Below are positions 27,198 to 35,850 of a stretch of DNA of 52,847 nucleotides, piece after piece. The notes beneath the pieces were generated by a model. That model saw only the letters and a list, made by a program, of their open reading frames with translations, was not told the DNA's origin and searched no databases. The number at the start of each line of letters is the position of its first letter. Position 1 is the first letter of the stretch. Position numbers and translations under genes: made by a program. Source of the DNA: a virus (lineage: Duplodnaviria; Caudoviricetes); IMG/VR virus record IMGVR_UViG_3300025141_000135, positions 1 to 52,847 of that record. One strand, 5' to 3'.

Positions 27198-27650
27198 ATG
27201 ACTAGTAAAACTCGTGGTGCAGGACTGAACATTCAGACCTACGTTGATCCTTGTACCGTGGCTAGCCTAGTAAAGTTACTTGCCAGCCGTGGCATTGGTT
27301 TCAATCGGACCTATTCGGGGCTCTTGAAAGCCCTAATGGAAGAAGTTCTTTCCGATGCTCGAATGGAACAATTCGATGAGTTTGTGGATCCTGAATCCGC
27401 CCTGGAGTACCTAGCCACATCAGGTTTTTCTATGAGCCAGGTGTCCGGCTGGAATGAAAAGCGGGTTTTGAATAGTATGAATCGGGCCTCGATGGATGAG
27501 GCTCGACAAGAAACTATTGCCGAGAAAGAAACGATGACTATCGAGGACTCGAAACGAGCCGGAGAAATAGTCATGCGGCAACTGACCGGGGAAGCCACGG
27601 ATGATGAGGTCCAATGGTACTTGGATTATCAGCGGCGAAATAAATTATGA
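27198..27650 (+). CDS. hypothetical protein, possible ribbon-helix-helix N-terminus
   Basis: LNIQTYVD strand, helix, G-turn, then TYSGLLKALMEEVL helix. Confidence 0.7.
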   Translation: MTSKTRGAGLNIQTYVDPCTVASLVKLLASRGIGFNRTYSGLLKALMEEVLSDARMEQFDEFVDPESALEYLATSGFSMSQVSGWNEKRVLNSMNRASMDEARQETIAEKETMTIEDSKRAGEIVMRQLTGEATDDEVQWYLDYQRRNKL

Positions 27651-27659
27651 AAAAGTTAC

Positions 27660-27688
27660 TTGCATACTAGAAACAGTTATGTTATATT
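27660..27688 (+). promoter_or_regulatory. sigma70-type promoter TTGCAT-N17-TATATT (extended -10)
   Basis: 17-bp spacing with TGn before the -10. Confidence 0.65.
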
Positions 27689-27753
27689 ATGTTATGATCA
27701 ATTTTTCAACATCACTAGTTCAATTCCGAACTAGTTTACACTAGGGGGGCAAC

Positions 27754-28104
27754 ATGCCCAGACAAATCAAACTGTCAGACGAAACGTTTGACGCACTGGA
27801 AAAATTAGGGGATGAATTTACTTCTACCCCAGACCAAGATCCTTTCATTCTGGATACTCCAGAAAAAGTCATTGGACACTTGTTGTTCATGGCATTAAGA
27901 AAGGAAGAAAACAACCGTTTTATGACGGTTGGAAAACTCAAACAAGAAATAAGTAATTACCCCGATGATTACAGGATCATGACTTCTCGGGATGTTGGCG
28001 AAGAACAAGTTGAATGGTTAGAAATAACCGGAATGTTTGATGCCAGCGATGAGGACTCGCGGATGGTTCTTCTTTATATAGATCCGATAGCGTCTATATT
28101 ATAG
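27754..28104 (+). CDS. hypothetical protein, possible RHH N-terminus
   Basis: MPRQIKLSDETFDALEKLG. Confidence 0.7.
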   Translation: MPRQIKLSDETFDALEKLGDEFTSTPDQDPFILDTPEKVIGHLLFMALRKEENNRFMTVGKLKQEISNYPDDYRIMTSRDVGEEQVEWLEITGMFDASDEDSRMVLLYIDPIASIL

Positions 28105-28108
28105 TTCT

Positions 28109-28146
28109 AATAACCTAGGGCGGAACATTGCCCTAGGTTATTTTTT
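28109..28146 (+). terminator. intrinsic terminator
   Basis: AATAACCTAGGGC-loop-GCCCTAGGTTATTTTTT. Confidence 0.75.
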
Positions 28147-28163
28147 ATTTACTAGGAGCTATT

Positions 28164-28409
28164 ATGACCATGATAACAAAAACAACTCTCGACAGTGTTA
28201 CTGTCGAGACGGTTAATATTCTCAGCGGAGAAACCGTCAGCCGAACCTTTTCGGTTCCTCCATTTAGGTTCATATCAGACTTCACGGCATGGAAAGGTGG
28301 AAAGCTAATCCAAGATGCTTTTCCATATCTTAGTAGCGCAGATCGTGAGTTCCTAATTTCTGGCCTTGACGAGCAGGCATGGGAAGAAAGCATGGGAGAA
28401 CAGGAATGA
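28164..28409 (+). CDS. small phage protein (GKLIQDAFPYLSSADREFLISG motif)
   Basis: AGGAG RBS; the motif is common in phage early hypothetical proteins. Confidence 0.8.
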   Translation: MTMITKTTLDSVTVETVNILSGETVSRTFSVPPFRFISDFTAWKGGKLIQDAFPYLSSADREFLISGLDEQAWEESMGEQE

Positions 28410-28657
28410 AAAGACTTTATCTTAAAGATGCCCAAAAGATGGACTTAGATAGAAACACTAGCTGGGTTCGTCTTATAGAAATGAAACTCGAGGGGTTAAG
28501 TTTTGGGATCATGATTCAGTTCTTTAGAGACTGGGAAATATACGGTCTCCGAGAAGCACTTATATACCTCAAGGGGTATGAGGATAATGGAGAAGTCCCG
28601 CGAGGGACTTTTGATAGTATTAACGAAGTATCAAAAAAGATAGAGGGAAAAGAATGA
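28406..28657 (+). CDS. hypothetical protein
   Basis: ATGA overlap at both ends; start moved from 28379. Confidence 0.65.
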   Translation: MKRLYLKDAQKMDLDRNTSWVRLIEMKLEGLSFGIMIQFFRDWEIYGLREALIYLKGYEDNGEVPRGTFDSINEVSKKIEGKE

Positions 28658-28851
28658 CTACTTACTATGATGATAACTTCGGTCATTGGACCGACACGGA
28701 TGACCCTGACGTGATGGAGTTTTATAACAGGGTTCAAAGAACTAGCGTAAAGAAGGAATGCCAGGGTTGTGGAAGAAAAGTCCGCATCCAACCTAACTAC
28801 GCTTATTGCAACTCATGTGCAGATAGGCGTGAAAGAGGTATGGACTTCTAA
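28654..28851 (+). CDS. small zinc-finger protein
   Basis: CQGC...YCNSC. Confidence 0.75.
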   Translation: MTTYYDDNFGHWTDTDDPDVMEFYNRVQRTSVKKECQGCGRKVRIQPNYAYCNSCADRRERGMDF

Positions 28852-29054
28852 TGGCGTCTATTTTCTTTCTTAGTGGGGACTCCCTGTCCCTACGGATAAC
28901 AGCCACGTCGAAAGACATTGACATCTTCATCGGACCTCTTTATACTGAAGAAGGCGGCTTTAATTGGAACGCTAAAAAAGTAGGTTCCATTAATCTATCT
29001 GAACAGGACATTGAAGACCTCATATCCAGACTTGCGTTAATGAGGGATGGCTGA
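28851..29054 (+). CDS. hypothetical protein
   Basis: TAATG coupling. Confidence 0.6.
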   Translation: MASIFFLSGDSLSLRITATSKDIDIFIGPLYTEEGGFNWNAKKVGSINLSEQDIEDLISRLALMRDG

Positions 29055-29072
29055 CCCTAGCAGACATCTCTC

Positions 29073-29131
29073 GGAATGGTGGGGGCTTTCCCTACGGCCC
29101 CCACTGTTCCAAACCTTACGGGGAGGTAAGG
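29073..29131 (+). promoter_or_regulatory. two tandem RNA hairpins; the second covers the RBS of 29133
   Basis: 14-bp stem GGAATGGTGGGGGC/GCCCCCACTGTTCC, then CCTTAC-GGGGAG-GTAAGG. Confidence 0.55.
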
Positions 29132-29132
29132 C

Positions 29133-29438
29133 ATGGTAGATGAAAGACTTCTTCGAGACTTACCGTTTAGCCCTCCAAGAGTTTACAACCCTAAGAAGTA
29201 CTGGAGCAGGGGTATGATAGAGTGGGACAGTACTAAGCCAGAAGAACTAGTCGGTCTCGAAATCGAAAGGGCCAGCCCTTTCATAACAGGCAATAGTAAG
29301 AATGATTACGCTTCAGATAGGAGTCTAAACCCCAGGAGCTGGGTTCATTTGCTCCGCAAAGATCGGGGCATCCTGCCTCGATTCAAAGTATCACACATCC
29401 CTTATAAAAGGAGGAGTTACGGATATGAACTATCCTGA
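29133..29438 (+). CDS. hypothetical protein
   Basis: GGAGG RBS. Confidence 0.65.
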   Translation: MVDERLLRDLPFSPPRVYNPKKYWSRGMIEWDSTKPEELVGLEIERASPFITGNSKNDYASDRSLNPRSWVHLLRKDRGILPRFKVSHIPYKRRSYGYELS

Positions 29439-30204
29439 TAACTCGAGGGCGCTTAGCCAAGAAGATTGGCTTCAGCCGCCTGAGGAATACCCAGAGCTAG
29501 AGAATGAGTTCGGCATTATAGATGCTCGAGTGAACTGGATGGAAGAGTGGGGAAGCGATCCAGTCTTAGAAATCCTGGTCGAGAAAGTCTATGATCTTAA
29601 GGACTTTCGTTATGACCTGATTGACAGAGAGCGCTCGGCTTTGTACTTCGGGTATAGAGATGGGCAAGTTTCTTATTTTGTCCATGATAAGAATAATGAG
29701 AGAGGCTTCGGAGGAGCTACTTATATTCTGAACCCAGCAGAGCCAAACAGAAGGATTCCTTATGAAGTAAAGGGACCTTGGGCTTCTCGCTCCAGTGTGA
29801 TGAACAACTTCTTTAAGCACTCACTGGAAGCTAGGCTAATAGATAACGAGGTAGGCTTCGAGAAAGGTTTTACATTTATGGCTGGTGCTGTGTCTATGCC
29901 AATGGCGCTTGAGGCATTAGACCATATTCACGTAAGTACTGGTGAGATCTACGCCCTGGCTTACCACTCCCTGTATGAGGATCTGTCAGAGCTGGAATAC
30001 CAAATAGTCAAGATGGACACCTCCGGTGATGAGCCTGTTCCAGTGTTCAAAGGAAAAGTGCCAGAGGATTACATACTGATTGGGATCTTGAACCCTCTTA
30101 AAGAGGAAGAACAAGATGATGGGGACCGCTGGTATTCCGAGCTACAAGAGAACCAGGACTTCGCTCAGGATGATGAGCTCTCTAATGGAGGTCATGAAAT
30201 ATGA
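29425..30204 (+). CDS. hypothetical protein (259 aa)
   Basis: AGGAGG RBS; long ORF. Confidence 0.8.
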   Translation: MNYPDNSRALSQEDWLQPPEEYPELENEFGIIDARVNWMEEWGSDPVLEILVEKVYDLKDFRYDLIDRERSALYFGYRDGQVSYFVHDKNNERGFGGATYILNPAEPNRRIPYEVKGPWASRSSVMNNFFKHSLEARLIDNEVGFEKGFTFMAGAVSMPMALEALDHIHVSTGEIYALAYHSLYEDLSELEYQIVKMDTSGDEPVPVFKGKVPEDYILIGILNPLKEEEQDDGDRWYSELQENQDFAQDDELSNGGHEI

Positions 30205-30521
30205 AAGGCTGGAAAAAGTACGAATTTGATTCTCTAGTAGACATAGCTAAGCATTTAGGGGTAAAACCAGAAACAGTACTTCATTGGTCTAGGCATGACC
30301 CTAACTGGCCTGTTGAGTTAGTGTTCCTTCATCCACAGAAAAGAATAGGAGAGAAGGTTCCTCTAGATTCTTATGTATTACCTAAAGGATCTATGAATAA
30401 GTTGGCTAGCTTAGGCTACCCAAAGTACGTGCACACTTTGGTGTATAAACTAAGAAAAGAGAATGAGGAACTCAAAGCTCTTTTAGATAAAGAAAAACGG
30501 AACTCTGATGGAAGAGCCTAG
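30201..30521 (+). CDS. HTH-containing protein
   Basis: LVDIAKHLGVKPETVLHWSR. Confidence 0.7.
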   Translation: MKGWKKYEFDSLVDIAKHLGVKPETVLHWSRHDPNWPVELVFLHPQKRIGEKVPLDSYVLPKGSMNKLASLGYPKYVHTLVYKLRKENEELKALLDKEKRNSDGRA

Positions 30522-30837
30522 TAAATTCTATCATCATGAGCCTGTCAGCGAAGGGGCTATCACAGCCCTTCGCACCATTATTTCTCTGGCTGTAGATAAT
30601 GGAATGATAGAGGAGGTTGACGCTGAAAGGGCACTTAAGATCCTCAGTACCAATCCTCATAATCGACTGACAGTCCTGGGCAAGCGTCTTGCTAGACTCC
30701 TAGAATTTGTAGAAGAAATCAAGAGTCTTGACAGTCGCACTGAGGTCATAGCCCAACAGGTTAAAGAAGAGTTCGAGGGACTTAAGACCATAATAGAATG
30801 GAACCCTAAATGGAGAGAAAAGAGGCCCAAAGAATGA
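30508..30837 (+). CDS. hypothetical protein
   Basis: Overlapping ORF in the early operon. Confidence 0.65.
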   Translation: MEEPSKFYHHEPVSEGAITALRTIISLAVDNGMIEEVDAERALKILSTNPHNRLTVLGKRLARLLEFVEEIKSLDSRTEVIAQQVKEEFEGLKTIIEWNPKWREKRPKE

Positions 30838-30916
30838 TAGAGATACTTTCTAATATCTATGTCCTTATGTTGATAGCTCCTATCGTGTATGGAATCCTAG
30901 TCCTGATAATTAGAAT

Positions 30917-31243
30917 ATGGAGAACTGGAAAATGGTAACAGGCCTGGTTATAAAAGTTGATGGAAGCAGAGAAGACAAAGATTGGGAAGAGTTGCCTTCT
31001 TTAGAAGAGATGCAAAAGATAGTCGGGGGCTATATTGAAAGAGTTCTTGTAAACCCTCAGTACTTTTCTGATAAACTAAGAGAGCAACTGCCAGCGGCCA
31101 AGCACGAGATGATAGTTAACGAAGATGGAAGAGCTCTAAACCTGCGTTACAATAGTCCTCTCAGACAGATGACCGGGTACGTTATGTATGGAGATGTTCT
31201 AATCTTTAATGGAACTCCTATGGAGGATGACCCTAATGGTTAG
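30917..31243 (+). CDS. DUF3846-like protein
   Basis: PSLEEMQKIVGGYIERV...IVNEDG...N...GDVL. Confidence 0.8.
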   Translation: MENWKMVTGLVIKVDGSREDKDWEELPSLEEMQKIVGGYIERVLVNPQYFSDKLREQLPAAKHEMIVNEDGRALNLRYNSPLRQMTGYVMYGDVLIFNGTPMEDDPNG

Positions 31244-31475
31244 AAGAAAGAAAGAGCCCTCTCGTGCTCAGGCTTGGGCATCTGCACGTAACAGAGCTAA
31301 AGGCCAAATCGGATTTATGATGGGGACTATTAAGTCTATAAGGAGCCTTAATATATTATCTGAAAAAGAGAAGAGCCAGTTGCAAACTGTCAGGCGTATT
31401 CTTTCCAGTGTAAGAGATGGCTGGGAGGATAAGAGCTCTACCAGCCGTCAAAACTACTTAGACACTTGGGACTAA
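31209..31475 (+). CDS. hypothetical protein (start probably at MVRRK)
   Basis: GGAGG upstream of the internal ATG. Confidence 0.6.
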   Translation: MELLWRMTLMVRRKKEPSRAQAWASARNRAKGQIGFMMGTIKSIRSLNILSEKEKSQLQTVRRILSSVRDGWEDKSSTSRQNYLDTWD

Positions 31476-31669
31476 CCATGACTAGAAAAGATTATAAAAT
31501 CCTTGCAGAGTCTTTGTCTGATAATAAGAGACACTTGAATTTCAAAACCACCAAGTCTGTAGGCCACGTAGTCTGGAAAACTATAGTCGAAGGGCTTGCT
31601 GACTCTCTAAATTCTAACTACGCAAACTTTAATAAGGATAAGTTCCTCGATGCTTGTGGGCACGAATAA
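31466..31669 (+). CDS. small phage protein (MTRKDY...NFNKDKFLDAC type)
   Basis: Recurrent phage motif; true start probably at MTRKDY. Confidence 0.75.
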   Translation: MGLTMTRKDYKILAESLSDNKRHLNFKTTKSVGHVVWKTIVEGLADSLNSNYANFNKDKFLDACGHE

Positions 31670-31707
31670 GCTTTGAAAAATATTTTCACATCTTGTGCAT
31701 TTTTTTC

Positions 31708-31736
31708 TTGACAAGTGGGATAACTATGTTTACATT
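31708..31736 (+). promoter_or_regulatory. sigma70-type promoter TTGACA-N17-TACATT
   Basis: Near-consensus, intergenic. Confidence 0.7.
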
Positions 31737-31768
31737 ATATTATAATAAATTTTTGAAAGCGAAAGCTC

Positions 31769-31981
31769 ATGACAAAACACTCTAAGTACCAAGCAGTAAA
31801 GATTAAGAGAACTCCTGATTCCCACGAGGAGTCTGGGATAGCGAAGTATGAGTGGCAAGAAACAAAACATGGTGAGATACCGAAAGCTGACATTACTATG
31901 TTCGACCTCGCAGGCCGCAGCATTAAAGTTTGCAACGGCTTTTCATTTAGAGCAACTCCCCTGAAAGGAGATCTTAGCTGA
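31769..31981 (+). CDS. hypothetical protein
   Basis: First ORF after the promoter; weak RBS. Confidence 0.45.
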   Translation: MTKHSKYQAVKIKRTPDSHEESGIAKYEWQETKHGEIPKADITMFDLAGRSIKVCNGFSFRATPLKGDLS

Positions 31982-32148
31982 TGAAGTCCTCGAAGATAGG
32001 AAGTCTTTTCTTTAAGGATTTCTACGAAATCTTGAAATTGTTAAGGGATAAGACAAGAACGCCTTGTCTTGGGAGGAATTTAACAATGAAGAGATTAAAG
32101 AAAGCTCGTAGTTACTGGGGAGTGGCTATAGAACTTTCTGCTTTCTAT

Positions 32149-32171
32149 CTTCGTAACAATTTGTTACAGAG
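32149..32171. promoter_or_regulatory. 23-bp palindrome copy 7 (CTTCGTAACAATTTGTTACAGAG)
   Basis: 35 bp upstream of the 32207 start. Confidence 0.8.
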
Positions 32172-32206
32172 TTTTTCAATTAACCTTTTAACTGGGAGAT
32201 AATCCA

Positions 32207-32593
32207 GTGACTGAAGAAACGCAACTTCCGGCAGGCGTAGTTAGTATCGAAGTTAAGAGTCCTAAGACAGATCGTTCGGTTTCCTTTGAGCGTGACTTCG
32301 GGGACACTCTAGAGAAGGCCGCCGAGATGTTCGGCTCTGAAGTAGTCCACAGTATCTTCGTGGCCCAGGCCGTCATTCGCGCTCAAGGTGCAGCTCGCAC
32401 AACCCTGGACAATGGGGATAACTCCTCTGAGCAGGCTGTCGAGTCCGGCCAGTCTTACACCCCTGGAGTAGCTCGCCGCGGTGGTGGTAAGAAGAAGGCC
32501 GACCCCTTCGATCAGTTGGCAGAGAAGGTAAAGAGTGGAGAGATAAGCCAGGAAGATCTGTTGGCCGAACTCCAGAAACGGATGGCAGGATAG
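32207..32593 (+). CDS. hypothetical protein (128 aa)
   Basis: GGGAG RBS, GTG start. Confidence 0.8.
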   Translation: MTEETQLPAGVVSIEVKSPKTDRSVSFERDFGDTLEKAAEMFGSEVVHSIFVAQAVIRAQGAARTTLDNGDNSSEQAVESGQSYTPGVARRGGGKKKADPFDQLAEKVKSGEISQEDLLAELQKRMAG

Positions 32594-32648
32594 TCCTCCC
32601 CAGGACTATGTGGAGGGCCGCTTACACAGGGCCCTCTGCATTATTCTT

Positions 32649-33626
32649 ATGGCAACCTTAGTCAACATAGATGAGCATGATACCTGGAAAGTTCAGGATG
32701 CTACGAAACTCCAGGCATACATGAACTGTCCTCGTAGATACTTCTTTGAGTATGTGCTTGGCTGGCGCTCCGAGATTCCTAATAATCATTTGGAGTTCGG
32801 AACTGCTTGGCACATGGCTATGGAAGTCTTTTATGAGAAGGGCGTCTCATTAGAGAGTGCCGCTGAAGGCTACAAAAAATTCGAGGAGTACTACCGTGAG
32901 CAATTTGACGAGACTTGGGACGAAGGAAACGCTCCGAAGAACCCAGGTAATGCGTTGAGAGCTCTCGCTCAGTATGTCCAAACCTATCAAGATGTTGACG
33001 ACTTTGAAGTCTTGCATATTGAGGTCGCAGGGAGCGTAGCGATAGCTCCAGATAAGCCCATATATTTCAAGACCGATACTATATGTCGAGACGGCTCTGG
33101 CGTCTTTTCCCTCGAGCATAAGACTGGAAGTTACTTTAATACGAAGTGGGCTGCACAGTGGAGACAGAAGATGCAGGTCTCTGTTTACAGCCACGTTCTC
33201 TTCTGTTTATTCGAACCGGAAGAGGTCTATGGAGTGAAGATCAATGGGGTCTTCTTCGCTAATGCTCCTCGCGTTAAAGCTAACGGAGAGCCTTATGCAA
33301 ACTCTCGAGATAACGAGTTCCACCGGGTTCCCGTTAGAAAGAACCTAGCTGCAATGCAAGCTTGGCTAGTTGAAGTCACTCGCTGGTATGATATGATACA
33401 GGATGACTTCAACCGCCTGGCTAGTGCCAAAGAAGAGGACGAGGTCCTAGAGGCTTTTCCTCGTAATACTGAGTCATGTACCCAGTATGGGCCTTGTCCT
33501 TTTCTTGACTATTGCAGTGTCTGGAATAATCCACTTCAGTATGCTGACAGCCCTCCGATAGGCTATCACGTTGAGCACTGGGATCCTCGTAAGATACCTG
33601 GTGTAAGGGAGACAGTAGAGCTATGA
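32649..33626 (+). CDS. PD-(D/E)XK exonuclease, Cas4/AddB-like with four Fe-S cysteines
   Basis: CPRRY...FGTAWH...KTD...LEHKT...C-x5-C-x5-C; start moved from 32610 to MATLV. Confidence 0.85.
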   Translation: MATLVNIDEHDTWKVQDATKLQAYMNCPRRYFFEYVLGWRSEIPNNHLEFGTAWHMAMEVFYEKGVSLESAAEGYKKFEEYYREQFDETWDEGNAPKNPGNALRALAQYVQTYQDVDDFEVLHIEVAGSVAIAPDKPIYFKTDTICRDGSGVFSLEHKTGSYFNTKWAAQWRQKMQVSVYSHVLFCLFEPEEVYGVKINGVFFANAPRVKANGEPYANSRDNEFHRVPVRKNLAAMQAWLVEVTRWYDMIQDDFNRLASAKEEDEVLEAFPRNTESCTQYGPCPFLDYCSVWNNPLQYADSPPIGYHVEHWDPRKIPGVRETVEL

Positions 33627-33832
33627 ATGATGAACTTTATACTCAGAATGATGTATTGCTTAAGATATTCGATGCAATAAATCAACTATCCTTAGCTGTT
33701 AATGAGGCTGCTGTAACAATTTCTGATAGCTTGGATGAGGTAGAAGAAAGACTTAAAAGGATCAATGACTCTATCGAAGCTCACACAGAAGAGACTCGAA
33801 TGATAGACGCTAAGAATAGGACTAGAAACTAA
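33623..33832 (+). CDS. small coiled-coil protein
   Basis: Coupled ORF. Confidence 0.65.
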   Translation: MNDELYTQNDVLLKIFDAINQLSLAVNEAAVTISDSLDEVEERLKRINDSIEAHTEETRMIDAKNRTRN

Positions 33833-34026
33833 TGGCTAAGCGAAACTCTGTGACTATGTTAGCTGAGTCAGTAGAAGTCTCTAAAGGAATTGATGGTCTA
33901 GATATGGTCTTAATAAAGATAAAAAATCCATCTGAGGATGATCTTATAAGACTTATATCAGAGTGCAGTAGCATCCTTGAATGGAGACGTAATAGAAGTG
34001 AGTTACCAGAAGGAGCCAAGGAATGA
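33832..34026 (+). CDS. hypothetical protein
   Basis: Coupled at both ends. Confidence 0.65.
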   Translation: MAKRNSVTMLAESVEVSKGIDGLDMVLIKIKNPSEDDLIRLISECSSILEWRRNRSELPEGAKE

Positions 34027-34838
34027 CTGAGAGTCCTAAGTTCCTCAAAGTCCAAGAGCGTGCGCTCAAGACCCGTGAACGATATGCAGAAAGTGCCAGT
34101 CAGTTCTCTAACTTCCTGGTCTACGGAGACTTTGGAACAGGAAAGACTCAGCTTATATCTACCTGTCCTAAGCCTATATTCATAGACTCTTTTGATCCAG
34201 GCGGAACTAAGACAGCCGCGCTTCAGCCTCTCATTGATAAGGGAGACATAATAGTTGATAACCGCTGGGAAGGAGACTCGTGGAAAGACCCTTACGCATT
34301 TGCTGAGTGGGAAAAGGAGATGCAAGACCGTCAGCGCGATGGCCTCTTTGACCATATTGGTACTTATGCTTTGGACTCCATCACTAAGTGGAGCGATAGT
34401 TTAATGTATGAGATCCTTCGCCGAGGGTCTGGAGGAAAGACTCGCAAGGGTTCCAATCCCCAGCTTCAGGATTATCTCGTTCAGCAACTCACAGCTGTAG
34501 ACTGGCTAGGAGTTCTGATGGGCTATCCCTGCCATGTGTTTGTAACTGGACACATAGGTCTAATGAAGGATGATGTTAGCGGTAAGATGGAAACTGGGCT
34601 CCTGATGTATGGGAAGCTCAGCGAGAAAGTCCCTCTCGTCTTTGATGAGAAGTATGTGACGAGAGTCAAGTCGAGCTCTTCAGGTGTATCTTACGAACTC
34701 CTAACCCGCAATGACGGTTACTACAAAGCCGAAACAAGAATGGGTGGAGGAAAGTTTGACCCTGCAGAGACTCCTAACATCAAAGCCCTGCTTAGAAAAG
34801 CAGGCAGGCCGACAGATGACAGGCCTTCTATCTCTTAA
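34023..34838 (+). CDS. AAA_24/Sak4-like ATPase (ssDNA-annealing recombinase)
   Basis: LVYGDFGTGKT Walker A, ALDSIT Walker B, VFVTGH; lies between exonuclease and SSB. Confidence 0.8.
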   Translation: MTESPKFLKVQERALKTRERYAESASQFSNFLVYGDFGTGKTQLISTCPKPIFIDSFDPGGTKTAALQPLIDKGDIIVDNRWEGDSWKDPYAFAEWEKEMQDRQRDGLFDHIGTYALDSITKWSDSLMYEILRRGSGGKTRKGSNPQLQDYLVQQLTAVDWLGVLMGYPCHVFVTGHIGLMKDDVSGKMETGLLMYGKLSEKVPLVFDEKYVTRVKSSSSGVSYELLTRNDGYYKAETRMGGGKFDPAETPNIKALLRKAGRPTDDRPSIS

Positions 34839-34882
34839 CCCTTTCGGCGTAGCCGTATGGATTAGTCAAGATCCTCATTTTT

Positions 34883-34918
34883 CTAATACTAATGCTAATG
34901 CTAATGCTAACTCTAACA
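34883..34918 (+). repeat. 6 x 6-bp tandem repeat (CTAATA, CTAATG x3, CTAACT, CTAACA)
   Basis: Read directly; abuts the RBS of the putative SSB. Confidence 0.85.
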
Positions 34919-34932
34919 TGGAGAAAACTCCG

Positions 34933-35334
34933 ATGAGCCTTTTAGGATTAAACCTTGATGATCGTGAAGAACTGAAAGTCCTGCCCGACAACCAGGAAGC
35001 AATGCTTCGAGTCAGCCGCGCCGATGTTACGCCGAACAGGAATGACGCCTCGCGGAACAACCTGGCCCTGGTCTTCGATTGTCCTGAGGATCCCCTCGTA
35101 GATGATATTCGAGTCTGGCTTCCGATTCCGAACGAAGATCTCAAGGCTGAAGACCCCAAGCGTTACACCAAGCAGCTCAACAGGATTGCCGGTTTCCTGG
35201 ACGCAGTAGGTGTGAGCGGAGACAACCTGGACACTGATGACCTGCTCGGCAAAGAGTGCTGGGCACTGATCTCCGAGGACGAGTTCGATGGATCTCCTCA
35301 AAACGGAGTACGGCGCTTCATTGTCCGTAAGTAA
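34933..35334 (+). CDS. putative ssDNA-binding protein (DUF669-like OB fold)
   Basis: GGAG RBS before MSLLGLNLDD; DLLGKEC...EDEFDGSPQNGVRRF ending; synteny with the Sak4-like ATPase. Confidence 0.65.
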   Translation: MSLLGLNLDDREELKVLPDNQEAMLRVSRADVTPNRNDASRNNLALVFDCPEDPLVDDIRVWLPIPNEDLKAEDPKRYTKQLNRIAGFLDAVGVSGDNLDTDDLLGKECWALISEDEFDGSPQNGVRRFIVRK

Positions 35335-35354
35335 TTTAACATAAGATTTGAAAT

Positions 35355-35387
35355 GGGAGGCGCGCTTTCATAGGCGTCTCTCTTTTT
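35355..35387 (+). terminator. intrinsic terminator
   Basis: GGGAGGCGC...GCGTCTCTC followed by a T run. Confidence 0.6.
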
Positions 35388-35413
35388 ACTTACTCGTTTA
35401 TGAAAGTTAACTT

Positions 35414-35623
35414 ATGAGACTAACATTTGAAATTGAAGAAGAGGAACATAAGATACTTTGTAAGTACATACCACATGGTATGAGGAAGTACGCTTACCAA
35501 GCTCTTATAAAAGGCTTTACTAAAGAGTTATCGCAAGACCCCGGTCCTACTATGGAAGCTCTTCTAGGCCAGCGGATAAGGGCTGCTGATCTAGTGCAAA
35601 AGGGCGATGACACAACTCCCTAA
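35414..35623 (+). CDS. small protein, possible RHH DNA binder
   Basis: MRLTFEI strand followed by two helices separated by PHG. Confidence 0.65.
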   Translation: MRLTFEIEEEEHKILCKYIPHGMRKYAYQALIKGFTKELSQDPGPTMEALLGQRIRAADLVQKGDDTTP

Positions 35624-35638
35624 CAATTTGTTACGGAG
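35616..35638. promoter_or_regulatory. 23-bp palindrome copy 8 (CTCCCTAACAATTTGTTACGGAG)
   Basis: Overlaps the stop of 35414..35623, about 200 bp upstream of the ParB-MTase gene. Confidence 0.85.
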
Positions 35639-35649
35639 AAGGAGCAGGC

Positions 35650-35850
35650 ATGGCTGATCTTAAAAGCGAACAGTTTGGGATACTTCAAATGGACAGTACC
35701 AAACTGCTTGAACATATAATGGCTGTTCGGACGAGACGCAGGGATCGTTCTAAACCAGCAACTCCCAAAAGAGTAGCTAAGAAGAAGAACCCTCTAGGTA
35801 AAGTCTCTGATGAACAGATACGTAAACTACTGGAGATGACTAGTGAGTGA
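35650..35850 (+). CDS. small basic hypothetical protein
   Basis: AAGGAG RBS. Confidence 0.7.
   Translation: MADLKSEQFGILQMDSTKLLEHIMAVRTRRRDRSKPATPKRVAKKKNPLGKVSDEQIRKLLEMTSE

Noticed and set aside
31981-32202. 73-aa ORF
   Set aside because: It contains palindrome copy 7, whereas the other copies avoid gene interiors, and the translation has no recognisable motif. Left uncalled rather than disproved.
34711-34932. N-terminal extension of the 207-aa ORF
   Set aside because: It overlaps the ATPase gene and the repeat leader; a GGAG RBS supports the start at 34933.
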